From: Candidatus Bathyarchaeota archaeon
GTDB lineage: Archaea > Thermoproteota > Bathyarchaeia > Bathyarchaeales > Bathycorpusculaceae
NCBI GenBank assembly: GCA_963733095.1
Contig: CAVTBV010000013.1
Span: 224,001 to 288,000, forward strand
Reading direction: 5' to 3'
DNA length: 64,000 nucleotides
Under the pieces are notes generated by a model. The model was not told where the DNA came from. It made no database searches and saw only the letters and a program-made list of their open reading frames with translations. Positions 1 to 9,199 of this stretch are shown here, piece by piece. The translations under genes were made by a program, and so were the position numbers. Every line of letters begins with the position of its first letter. The first letter of the stretch is position 1.

Positions 1-100
1 GTAACTGAGCACCCGACGTTAATGTTGCACTACTCGCGCCCATACTATGTTTTTACACTACAAGTCTGTAGAGGAGGAAAGCTATGTTTGAAGCTGTCAA

Positions 101-319
101 TCACGGCTTAAAAATAATGCAAAAACCTTTTTCGTTATTTTCTTCCATTGCCAAGTTGCGGTTTTGAAGAAATGTGGCTAATAAGGAACGTTCGCAATAT
201 CCTTTAAATTTTAGCTCGAAGCTGTCAGGCTTCCTTTTCTCAAGTGATAGCCAATTTGTTTGAATCAAATTATTACCAACCAACTCCCTCACAAGAGCCA
301 CCGCTTGTTCCCTTCTCAT
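101..319 (-). CDS. Small hypothetical protein (~72 aa), paralog of 39745..40011
   Basis: ORF track 101..334; the in-frame ATG at 319 gives MRREQAVALVRE..., which aligns by eye with MNRTEAVNYLKE... at 39745..40011. Confidence 0.7.
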   Translation of the reverse strand: MRREQAVALVRELVGNNLIQTNWLSLEKRKPDSFELKFKGYCERSLLATFLQNRNLAMEENNEKGFCIIFKP

Positions 320-454
320 GTTTTCCCTTCCCAAATCCTTGAAAATCGAACAAATCTAATAACCCTTTAGTGCTTCCAAACAGTTTAGAGCTTGAAACCC
401 AGTTGAGCTGTTTTAATCACAAAGACTACAATATTTTTCATCGAGTGGGCAGTG

Positions 455-684
455 CTATATTTGCTCGCTTACGTTTTGCTCTTTCAATTGCGGTATTTTC
501 CGCTTGTTCAAGTTATAGTAATTTGTCATCCTAAAGTTTCATACAATTGGTCTGTTTCTTCCAAGGTTGGAACCCAATTTGCTTCCCCTGTCTCTGCGTC
601 AATCCTAAAATTAGTTGTTGGCTGAAACCTAACCAATAGTTTTAAACGCCTATCAGGGAAACGCTTAAGTTCAAACCTTGTCAT
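455..684 (-). pseudogene. Small hypothetical gene, apparently split by a frameshift near 528 (or two tiny coupled ORFs)
   Basis: ATG684 MTRFELKRFPDRRLKLLVRFQP...NWVPTLEETDQLYETLG* (stop 526-528) overlaps ATG529 MTNYYNLNKRKIPQLKEQNVSEQI* (stop 455-457); not in the ORF track. Confidence 0.35.
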
Positions 685-840
685 TTAAGTCACTAATACG
701 TTTTTGTAGCGAGGCGTCTTAAATTTTTATTTCTTCTTGATCAACAATAGTAGCCATTCCCATCTTAGGATAACTAGCATAAAAAAAAGCTAAGTTACCT
801 GACCTGAAAAGCCTTTAATGACTGCCCAAATAGGACTAAA

Positions 841-1242
841 TTAAAGGTCTTTGAGAGTTTCGTTAATTCGTTCAAGTTCTTCTTTTCTTTTTCTTTCCAA
901 CTCAAGAAGGGTTTTTTCTTCAAGCAACTCCTCGGCTTTCTTTCTGTTATAACCATCATTTGCTTGCTGTATGTATTTGTCCATCCACTCAACATTAGCC
1001 TTAATATCAGACTCAAATGATACAAAAATAATGGTGCCGTTTTCTACAAATACGCTGCTGGGATGTACTCCACTAGCCGCATTAGATAATGGGTGCCTAA
1101 AATAGTCTTGAACCCAAATATAGTCAGGATAGCCATTAAGAGAAATTTCAACAGTGAGGAACCCGTTTACATCTTTGGCTTTGACTCTAGGTGGTCCAAC
1201 CCGTTTAAACTCCGCTTTTTCATTGCTCATTCGAAATCCCAT
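841..1242 (-). CDS. Hypothetical protein with C-terminal coiled coil
   Basis: 133-aa ORF with protein-like composition and a charged helical tail (KKAEELLEEKTLLELERKRKEELER). Confidence 0.65.
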   Translation of the reverse strand: MGFRMSNEKAEFKRVGPPRVKAKDVNGFLTVEISLNGYPDYIWVQDYFRHPLSNAASGVHPSSVFVENGTIIFVSFESDIKANVEWMDKYIQQANDGYNRKKAEELLEEKTLLELERKRKEELERINETLKDL

Positions 1243-1393
1243 TTTATAATTTGTGCCAATTGCTTATTACTGGATACTGTTATTAACAGTTACAAAAAGA
1301 CTTTCTGTGCTGGGTAACTTTAAAGTATCTACTAAATCAAGGGTTTAACAGTCTAAAACACAGAAGTGTTTTTGGGGGTTAACTGATTCGGGC

Positions 1394-1516
1394 TCAGCAA
1401 GGCTCGCGTGTCTTGAAAGTAAACTGAGGGCTTTTCTGGTAAACCTTATTGTGTTTTCGCTTGCCACAGTCAAAGCTAAGTAGCCAAGCTTCAATACTGT
1501 CAGTCATCTTACTCAA
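1394..1516 (-). CDS. Putative small protein (40 aa)
   Basis: GAGGTG Shine-Dalgarno then TTG: MSKMTDSIEAWLLSFDCGKRKHNKVYQKSPQFTFKTREPC*; TATA-like TTTTTAAC upstream. Confidence 0.4.
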   Translation of the reverse strand: MSKMTDSIEAWLLSFDCGKRKHNKVYQKSPQFTFKTREPC

Positions 1517-1647
1517 ACATCACACCTCATAGCGTTAAAAACTTTTGATGAGGGTTTTTGATTGTTTTTTTAATACTCGCATCGGTGGGGCATGCTAAAG
1601 ATAAATAGTTGTTATGCAATTTCGTTACATTATTGGAGAAATAAAAG

Positions 1648-2076
1648 TTGTCTGTAGCGCAAAGAAAGTACTTTACTGATGTGGCAGCGTTGGCAGATAA
1701 AACTGTCGCTGTCGTTACCACTAACGGAAAAACCTTCAACGGCACACTCATCGGCATAAACCCTGACAACCTAAGCCTAAGCTTAACCGACGTAAAAGAC
1801 GAATCTGGAAAACTCCTCAACCGCCTAGTCCTCAACGGATCCATCGTTATGTCAATATCAAGCGCAGAAAAACCCTTCGACCTCAAAGCACTCGCAAACC
1901 GACTTGAAAAAGTGTTCCCAACCATGGTTAAACTCTACGATGATAAGGGTTTCATCTGGGTTATGGATAAAGTGAAACTAACTGAGAAAGGTGTCGTGGA
2001 AGGTTCAGGTCCAGCCGCCGACCGCGTCCAGAAAGTTTACGATGCCTTCATGAGCGAAGCCAAAGCCTCAGCTTAG
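1648..2076 (+). CDS. Lsm/Sm-like RNA-binding protein with C-terminal extension (SmAP3 type)
   Basis: Sm fold (KTVAVVTTNGKTFNGTLIGINPDNLSLSLTD...LVLNGSIV) plus a ~65-aa C-terminal domain; SmAP3 genes are known to lie near tgtA. Confidence 0.88.
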   Translation: MSVAQRKYFTDVAALADKTVAVVTTNGKTFNGTLIGINPDNLSLSLTDVKDESGKLLNRLVLNGSIVMSISSAEKPFDLKALANRLEKVFPTMVKLYDDKGFIWVMDKVKLTEKGVVEGSGPAADRVQKVYDAFMSEAKASA

Positions 2077-2822
2077 ATAAACCAGCGTAGTTGCTGCTCC
2101 TCTTTCTTCTTTTCTTCTGTTATACTTCGAATAACTCCAAAGGACTCTAGCATCTTTTTGATTTCGTCACCTGTAGCTTCCAGTCCCGACAAGTCAACTT
2201 CTAAGTAGAGGTATTTGCCCAGTGTAAGCAGTGCGTAGCGTGCTGCATTCACGTCAGGGTTCATACCCGGCGTATCCACCAGAAGTGAGAAACCCTTCAT
2301 ATCCCGAATCCGCGCCATACCTATCGACAAGCCAGCAATTCCAAAGACATGCCCAACCATAACTTTAGTGCCTAAATCCAGCGCCTGCTGCATCGTCTCC
2401 AAATCCGTCGCGGTACTGTAAATGCCCGGCACAGGTTGCGCCTCGTCTTTTTTGAAGCCTCCGATGGAAATAACGAATCGACAGCCAAACTCTTGGGCAA
2501 TATCCAGCACTTTGCCAACTAACTCATACTGCCCAACCGTAGTTAACGCCTGAGTATTCCCATACCAAATGATAAGGTCCCGTTCACCATCCCGTTTGGC
2601 ATAGTAGAGTTCATTTATTGGGGTTCGGGCTCCTCCATCATCCGTGGTTATGGCAAAATCTTGGAAAGATGACGAAAAGATCTGGACAAACCGCGTTGCC
2701 TTGAGTTCTTTAATCAGATGCAGGGCGGCAATGTTGGCTACGTAGCCAATGCCTGGTAAACCTTCGATTAGGATGGGGTCGTTTAAGACTGGTCTTTCGC
2801 TTATGTCGATTGAGCAAACCAT
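2073..2822 (-). CDS. Proteasome assembly chaperone (PAC2) family protein
   Basis: PILIEGLPGIGYVANIAA, VISIGG, GIAGL, PDVNAAR motifs. Confidence 0.9.
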   Translation of the reverse strand: MVCSIDISERPVLNDPILIEGLPGIGYVANIAALHLIKELKATRFVQIFSSSFQDFAITTDDGGARTPINELYYAKRDGERDLIIWYGNTQALTTVGQYELVGKVLDIAQEFGCRFVISIGGFKKDEAQPVPGIYSTATDLETMQQALDLGTKVMVGHVFGIAGLSIGMARIRDMKGFSLLVDTPGMNPDVNAARYALLTLGKYLYLEVDLSGLEATGDEIKKMLESFGVIRSITEEKKKEEQQLRWFI

Positions 2823-2925
2823 GACAGTGCCTTCTTGGGTATTTAGAGATACATTGTGATATAAGGATGCCTAAGGAAGGCGATGTTTTTTATAATCGAG
2901 CAGTGTTTCATGTTTAGGTTTCACC

Positions 2926-4558
2926 TTGAGCTTTGAAATTAAAGAAAAAGATTTGCTGGGCAGAATCGGCAAACTAAAAACCAAAAGCGGCACAGTGGAA
3001 ACCCCGCTCCTGTTCCCCGTCATAAACCCCAGCATCCAACCCATCCCACCCCAAAAACTCAAGGACACCTTCGGCTTCCAAGCCGTCATCACAAACTCAT
3101 ACATAATCAAAAAACGGTTTGACAACAAACCCATAGAGTTGGGATTGCACAAATTCCTCAACTATGACGGCGCAGTAATGACCGATTCGGGTGCTTACCA
3201 AATTCTTGTTTACGGCGACATCGATGTTACCCAAAAAGAAATCGTCGCCTACCAAGAGGGTATCGGCAGCGACATCGCTACCATCCTCGACATCCCCACA
3301 GGCTGGAAAGTCACCAAAGAGCAAGCAGAAGTCACTGTGGCAGAAACCCTACGCCGCGCCAAAGCGTTCTTTAAAGAAAAAACCCGCGACGACATCCTCT
3401 GGGTTGGTCCCGTGCAGGGCGGAAAACACCTTGATCTCGTCGCCAACTCAGCCATAGAAATGGGAAAACTCCCCTTCCAAATACACGCGCTGGGCAGCCC
3501 AACCGAAGTTATGGAAAGCTACCGCTACGATGTCCTCGCAGACATGATATTAACTTGCAAGAAAGGCATTCCAATGGAACGTCCGTTGCACCTATTTGGC
3601 GCTGGACACCCCTCAATGTTCTCGTTGGCAGTCGCTTTGGGCTGTGACCTATTCGACTCCGCAGCTTATGCCCTTTACGCTCGGGAAAACCGTTACATGA
3701 CCGAAAACGGCACCTGGCGCCTAAACGAACTTGACTATTTCCCATGCAGCTGCCCCAGATGCAGCGCAGAAACGCCCCGGGGCTTAGAGAAAAAATCGCC
3801 CAAAGAACGCGAAATCTTCCTCGCTGAACATAACCTCTACGTTTGCCTCGCCGAACTAAAACGCATAAAACAAGCCATACGCGACGGCCGACTCTGGGAA
3901 CACACCGAAATGCGCGTCCACGCCCACCCAGCCCTGCTCTCAGCCCTTAAACACATCCGCAACCACGCAGAATTCCTCGAAAAATTCAGCCCAACAGCAA
4001 AAACCAGCGGCTTCTTCTACTTCGACTCTGTGGGGCTTGCACGACCAGAAATCACCCACTACCGCAAACGCCTAACCGAACGGTTCACGTACCACCCGCT
4101 GGATGCGAAGGTGCTTTTACTTGTGCCACAAACCCGAAACAAACCTTTCCATAAAGCGCCCGAATTCAAGAAAATCCGCCAATTGTTCAGAAGCTTAGGC
4201 AAGGAACTTGGCTGTCAAGTTCATATTTGTGTTTATTCGGCTCCGTTCGGGGTGGTTCCCTTGGAGCTCGATGAGGTTTACCCGCTTGTCTCAGCATGAA
4301 ACTGTACACCCATTTGATAGTGAAACAATAGACTATGTTGCAAACCAAACTGCAGAATACATAAAACGCTCAACTTACAAGAGCGTCGTCTTATTAAATG
4401 ACCCTAAAAACTGGAAGGACATTATCAAAAAAATCTGCTCAAAAACCTGCAAGACTGCGGATTTAGCGTTTAATTCTGTAGATGCCGATGTGCAGGGAAG
4501 CAGAGAAATTTTCAGCCGCTTAGAGACTATTTTAAAGGAGCAGTTAAGAAAAGTCTGA
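2926..4558 (+). CDS. tgtA: tRNA-guanine(15) transglycosylase (archaeosine TGT); one apparent +1 frameshift near 4286
   Basis: ETPLLFPVINP, MTDSGAYQ, HLFGAGHP, GCDLFDSAAY, zinc site CSCPRC...H; the expected YPL-SQHE continues in the 4208..4558 frame after an extra base in ccgcttgtctcag. Confidence 0.93.
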
Positions 4559-4774
4559 TGCCAGTTTGCGAGTTTCCAACATTGGTAATTACTCTAAAGT
4601 ATTTTTCTTGATTTCAGTTGCCTTCCTACTCAAAGTCAGGCATCTGAAAACCTCTAAATAGACTTTTTCAAAAGTAAAGTTACTCCTTAAAAAATGGTCT
4701 TGGCAAACTTTTTTTTACTTCAGCCACCGAAGTATATTTAGTAAACTCGCGTTAGTATTCATGGAGATGTAACT

Positions 4775-5387
4775 ATAGAACCCCTTTACGCCGACTTCCA
4801 TATTCACACGATTTATTCAGCGGATTCCGTCATTCAACCTAAACTGCTCGTTAATATGCTTGCTGAGCACAGTTTTATTAAGGTTGCAGCAGTCACCGAC
4901 CATGACAGCGTACGCGGTTGCAGGGTAACAGTTGAGTTGGCTTCGGCTTATCCAGACATCCTCATAATTCCAGGAGTGGAAATCAGCACTTCGCAAGGTG
5001 ATGTGGTGGTTTTGGGCACCTTCGAGTTGCCGCCTAAGCCTTGGACGCCTGAAATTGTAGTTGACTTCGCCAAATCCGTCGGCGGCGTTTCCATCGTTGC
5101 CCATCCATTTCAGGACATATGGAATGGGTGAACGTGCCAGAAACTACAAAGTCGACGCCATCGAAGTCCTAAACGGTGGCTCAAGTCATGAAGCAAATAA
5201 CGAGGCGAAAGAGTTCGCTAAAAGCGTGGGCTTGCCAGGGACTGCAGGCAGCGACGCACATCAGGTTTCAGAATTATTCAGCGTCTACAACAAAGTCGAA
5301 GCCTCACTCGACATAGATGCAGTTTTGCGAGCTATTAAGAGGGGTTTCGTGTCCGCGCAAATGAATCGAGGGTCAATACGTTTTTAA
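4775..5387 (+). CDS. PHP-domain metal-dependent phosphoesterase; apparent +1 frameshift near 5108; probable ATA start
   Basis: In-frame upstream ADFHIHTIYSADS, then VTDHD, IPGVEI, AHPF|R, DAIEVLNG, GSDAH; the two halves are ORFs 4856..5131 and 5061..5387. Confidence 0.85.
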
Positions 5388-5440
5388 AACAGCATAGGTT
5401 CCTTTTTAGTCGTTAACATTAACAATGGGATTGATTCTGA

Positions 5441-6700
5441 TTGGTGCAAGTTGGATTTTTAGGTGGAGCGCGAGAAGTCGGCAGAATTGGAGTATCAGTT
5501 AAGACAGAGAAGACGCAGGTTGTTTGCGATTACGGGGTTATGCTTGATAATGAGCCTGGATTCCCTATGCATGTTCCTCCAAAAGACGTTAACGCCGTCA
5601 TTTTAACCCATAGTCACCTTGACCATTCCGGCGCTGTCCCCATTTTCTACATCAACGACAAAAAACCCCTCTACACCAACAAACTCAGCCTTGAATTAAC
5701 TCAGCTTCTTGTGCAAGACTTCATACACCTATCCAGCTATTACCTGCCCTTTGAGTACCTTGAATTAAAAACCATGATGAACAACAACAGGCACCTAGAC
5801 TTTGGCGTTGAAGAAACCATCGGTGACATGAAAATAAAACTTTTCAACGCAGGCCATACTCCAGGAAGCTCACAGGTGCTAATGGAAGCAGAAGGCAAAC
5901 GCATACTCTACACAGGCGACTTCAACTTGGAGGATAGCAAACTCTTGGCAGGCGCCCCAATGAATTACGGCGATTTGGATGCAGTCGTCATTGAAAGCAC
6001 ATATGCAGATGCTGACCATACAGAACGTTTAGAGCTTGAGAGGCAGTTTGTGGAGGCTTGCACGATTGCGGTTGAAGCAGGAGGAACCGTGCTTGTTCCT
6101 GCATTTGGTGTGGGGCGTTCACAGGAGATAGCTTGTGTCCTAGCAGCCCACCATTTTGAGTACCCTGTAACTTTGGATGGTATGGCTCGTGAAGCAAGCC
6201 GAGTTATAATGAATTACAAAGAATTCCTAAAAGACCCCAAACTATTCATGAATGCCATGCACTCCGCCGATTGGGTGGAAGGTTGGCGCGACAGGCGAAA
6301 CGCTCTCAAATCACCCGGTGTGATAATTTCCACGGCAGGAATGCTGAAAGGCGGACCAGCAGCATTCTACATTTCTAAGCTGGGCAAAAAAGCAATCAAT
6401 GCCGTTTTCCTAGTCAGCTACCAAATTCCAGGCACACCAGGACGTGAACTAATGGAGAAAGGTGTCTGCACCATCGATGGCCAAGTACGCAAGATTAAAG
6501 CCCAATATCGACACTTCGATTTCTCTTCACACTGTGGCGCAAGCAAACTCAAAGAAGCCCTGACTCGACTAGGCGGCAAACCCAAAGTCTTCGTCGTTCA
6601 CGGCGCCGAAGGCAACTGTGAACTCTTCGCAAACTGGGCAAAAACCGAGTTAGGTTTGGATGCTGTGGCTCCGCGAACAGGAGAAACTTACCAAATATAG
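5441..6700 (+). CDS. MBL-fold beta-CASP ribonuclease (archaeal CPSF-like, no KH domains)
   Basis: FLGGAREVGR, THSHLDHSG, AGHTPGS, YTGD, ESTY, PAFGVGRSQE, FSSH, VHG. Confidence 0.92.
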   Translation: MVQVGFLGGAREVGRIGVSVKTEKTQVVCDYGVMLDNEPGFPMHVPPKDVNAVILTHSHLDHSGAVPIFYINDKKPLYTNKLSLELTQLLVQDFIHLSSYYLPFEYLELKTMMNNNRHLDFGVEETIGDMKIKLFNAGHTPGSSQVLMEAEGKRILYTGDFNLEDSKLLAGAPMNYGDLDAVVIESTYADADHTERLELERQFVEACTIAVEAGGTVLVPAFGVGRSQEIACVLAAHHFEYPVTLDGMAREASRVIMNYKEFLKDPKLFMNAMHSADWVEGWRDRRNALKSPGVIISTAGMLKGGPAAFYISKLGKKAINAVFLVSYQIPGTPGRELMEKGVCTIDGQVRKIKAQYRHFDFSSHCGASKLKEALTRLGGKPKVFVVHGAEGNCELFANWAKTELGLDAVAPRTGETYQI

Positions 6701-6710
6701 GCAGTAGAGT

Positions 6711-7262
6711 ATGAAGATTGGGATTTTACCGGTTGGGCAAGTTGCCCCCGAGGTTTTGGTTGGGGTACAGGATGGATTAGCGAAGACTTTTCCCGACACA
6801 TCTGCCTCCGTAATAAAAGAAGCCTTGCCCCTACCTGAACATGCCTTTGACAAGAAACGTAACCAATACAACTCCAACATCATGCTAAATGAAATCAGAG
6901 CCTATGCCGCTAAACCAACTGATTTTCACCGCGTACTGGGTGTAGTTGACGTTGACATTTTCACGTCTGGCCTAAACTACGTTTTTGGCGAAGCCTACAC
7001 CCCGGGAAACGCAGCACTTGTTTCGCTTTGGCGCCTCAAACCCGAATTCTACAAAGACAAACCCGACCTCGCACTCTACATTCTGCGGGCACTCAAAGAA
7101 GCCGTTCATGAAGTAGGGCACACCCTGGGAGTTAGGCATTGTCCACGGTCGCTGTGCGTTATGCATTTCTCCAACTCGATTTTTGACACAGATCGGAAGC
7201 AAAACTTATTGTGCGACGAATGCTATTTGCAAGCAGCAATAGCTATAGCCAATTTAGGGTAA
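6711..7262 (+). CDS. Archaemetzincin (M54) Zn-dependent metalloprotease
   Basis: LNYVFGEA, HEVGHTLGVRHC...CVMHFS...LCDEC. Confidence 0.93.
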   Translation: MKIGILPVGQVAPEVLVGVQDGLAKTFPDTSASVIKEALPLPEHAFDKKRNQYNSNIMLNEIRAYAAKPTDFHRVLGVVDVDIFTSGLNYVFGEAYTPGNAALVSLWRLKPEFYKDKPDLALYILRALKEAVHEVGHTLGVRHCPRSLCVMHFSNSIFDTDRKQNLLCDECYLQAAIAIANLG

Positions 7263-7267
7263 CAGAC

Positions 7268-8173
7268 GTGACTGAGCAACCAAAACCTGAACCGCCTAAA
7301 CCAGTGGAGAAAGAGCAGGACAACTTCAAATTCCAAATCGTCTACTTAGTTCCCATATTAGCTAGCATGCTCTTCGGTTTAGCCTGCGCTTACCTTATTG
7401 CACCCCAGCAGGCAGAAGCTATACCCGTCACACCAATCCCCGAAACCACCCCGGGAGCACCATATGGCAACGCACTGTACTTTGTGGTCTTAATCGCAAT
7501 AAGCGCCACAATATTCTATTTCCTGCTTAAAAGAAAAAGCAAAAATATAATTAAAGGCTTAATCATAGTCGCGTTGACGACGGCGTCACTGCTGTTGTCG
7601 CTGGTTTACCTGTCCGCGATTTTACCGTACTTCCCATTTGTAGATAATTTGTGGGTGCTGATTGCTTTATCAATTGCTGTGGCGGTGCTCTTTGACCTCG
7701 CCATCTTCCGATTGGGCAGCATAGCCCGAAATGTGGCCGTCGTTGCTATAGGCGGCGCACTAGGTATCTTCTTTGGGTTCTCTATCCCCCTCTACAGCGG
7801 AGTCATCATCTTGGCATTCCTCGCAATCTACGATGTCATCGCAGTCTACAAGGGTCCAGTGGGAAAGATTGCTGCCTCGGGACTTGACCAGCTGCAGGGT
7901 TTGAGTTTCTCGTTTAAGGACATCCAGATGGGACTAGGAGATTTAGTATTCTACTCCATGCTCATGGGCATCATGTTCTTTGGTTTTCCCCAAAGTGTCC
8001 TGCCAACGATCATGGCTATAGTCGGTATCCTGGCAGGTTCAATAATAACTTTCTTTGCGCTGGAGAAAAAAGGGATTTTTCCAGGGTTGCCTTTTCCAAT
8101 CATGCTAGGGCTAGCAGTTGGGCTAATAACCGTGCTCCTTTTGGGACTACCTTTTCCCACCTCGCTGATTTAG
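7268..8173 (+). CDS. Presenilin-family intramembrane aspartyl protease (A22)
   Basis: Multiple TM helices, catalytic YD (LAIYDVIAV), GLGD and PGLP (PAL-equivalent); GTG7268 chosen just after the upstream stop. Confidence 0.88.
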   Translation: MTEQPKPEPPKPVEKEQDNFKFQIVYLVPILASMLFGLACAYLIAPQQAEAIPVTPIPETTPGAPYGNALYFVVLIAISATIFYFLLKRKSKNIIKGLIIVALTTASLLLSLVYLSAILPYFPFVDNLWVLIALSIAVAVLFDLAIFRLGSIARNVAVVAIGGALGIFFGFSIPLYSGVIILAFLAIYDVIAVYKGPVGKIAASGLDQLQGLSFSFKDIQMGLGDLVFYSMLMGIMFFGFPQSVLPTIMAIVGILAGSIITFFALEKKGIFPGLPFPIMLGLAVGLITVLLLGLPFPTSLI

Positions 8174-8240
8174 GTAACCACCAGTATGTTAATCATAAAC
8201 GTTTAAACCACCCAACCAACCATAAACAGCAGGTGTCTTT

Positions 8241-9074
8241 ACGGAAAAATCAACAGTGGCAATCGTGAAGGGTGAACGTGGGCTTGATCCCGTGTTTAAA
8301 GCCCTAGATTTAATCGATTACGAATCGGCTTTGGCTGGTTTTAAGAAGGTTCTCATAAAAGTTAACTTCATCACCACTATGACTTGGGATACAGGCGCAA
8401 CAACCGACCCCATCGTGGTTGAAGCGATAATTCAGCGCATAAAGAAACTGCCCGTTGAAATCTTCGTTGTGGAATCCGACGCAACAATGACAAACGCCGA
8501 CAAAGCCTTTGAAGCTACAGGTATGGCAGAGATGTGTAAGAAATACGACATCGAGTGCATTAACCTGCGTCATATCAAGGACAAAGTTAAAATCAAGATT
8601 CCTAGCGGTGAATGCCTAAACGATATAACTGTGCCCCGTATCGTAACTGAATCCGCAATCATTAGTGCCGCCAAAATGAAAACCCACATGGCAACCAAAG
8701 TCACCTTGGGCATGAAAAACATGTTCGGGCTCCTTCCAGACAAAATGAAGTTCAAATACCACGCCCGCGGCATAAGCAAAGTCATAGTTGACATAAACAC
8801 AGTCATAAAGCCACACTTGACCATTATTGACGGCTTCGTAGCTATGGAGGGACGCGGACCAACCGATGGGTCACCCCTCAAAATGGACCTAATACTCGCA
8901 GGCAAAGACCCTGTTGCAACCGACGCCACATGTGCACGCATAATGGGGTTAGACCCCCACGAAATCAGTCACATACGCACCGCTAACCAGAAAGGCATAG
9001 GTCAAATTGACGAAATAGAAACCGTGGGCTTAAATGTTGATGATGTGAAGCGTCCATTCAAGAAGGGTTGGTAG
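8241..9074 (+). CDS. DUF362 domain-containing protein
   Basis: KVLIKVN, TTDPIVVEA, AKMKTH, TLGMKNMFG, IIDG...EGRGP, DPVATD; track start GTG8256, possible ACG8241 start behind AGGTG. Confidence 0.88.
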   Translation, partial: TEKSTVAIVKGERGLDPVFKALDLIDYESALAGFKKVLIKVNFITTMTWDTGATTDPIVVEAIIQRIKKLPVEIFVVESDATMTNADKAFEATGMAEMCKKYDIECINLRHIKDKVKIKIPSGECLNDITVPRIVTESAIISAAKMKTHMATKVTLGMKNMFGLLPDKMKFKYHARGISKVIVDINTVIKPHLTIIDGFVAMEGRGPTDGSPLKMDLILAGKDPVATDATCARIMGLDPHEISHIRTANQKGIGQIDEIETVGLNVDDVKRPFKKGW

Positions 9075-9199
9075 TTCCCCTTCTTTTGTTTTCAGTACCG
9101 TGTTGATATGGCAGTGGAGCATTGGCGGATTTTTTGTTTAGGCAAGCGCAAGGATAATATATCTTGTCTTGGAATCATGTCTGCGAGGGTGCCGTTGCT

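Noticed and set aside
1-50. Minus-strand GGGCGCG...GCTCAG resembling a tRNA 5' end
   Set aside because: No proper D-arm spacing and truncated by the window edge; cannot be supported
1379-1399. TGC-TGA (Cys-Sec-like) end of the 40-aa ORF
   Set aside because: Readthrough adds only four residues after the UGA, and no SECIS-like element or Sec machinery is visible
4280-5115. Programmed ribosomal frameshifting in tgtA or the PHP gene
   Set aside because: No X-XXY-YYZ slippery site or stimulatory structure; a single extra T is better explained as an error
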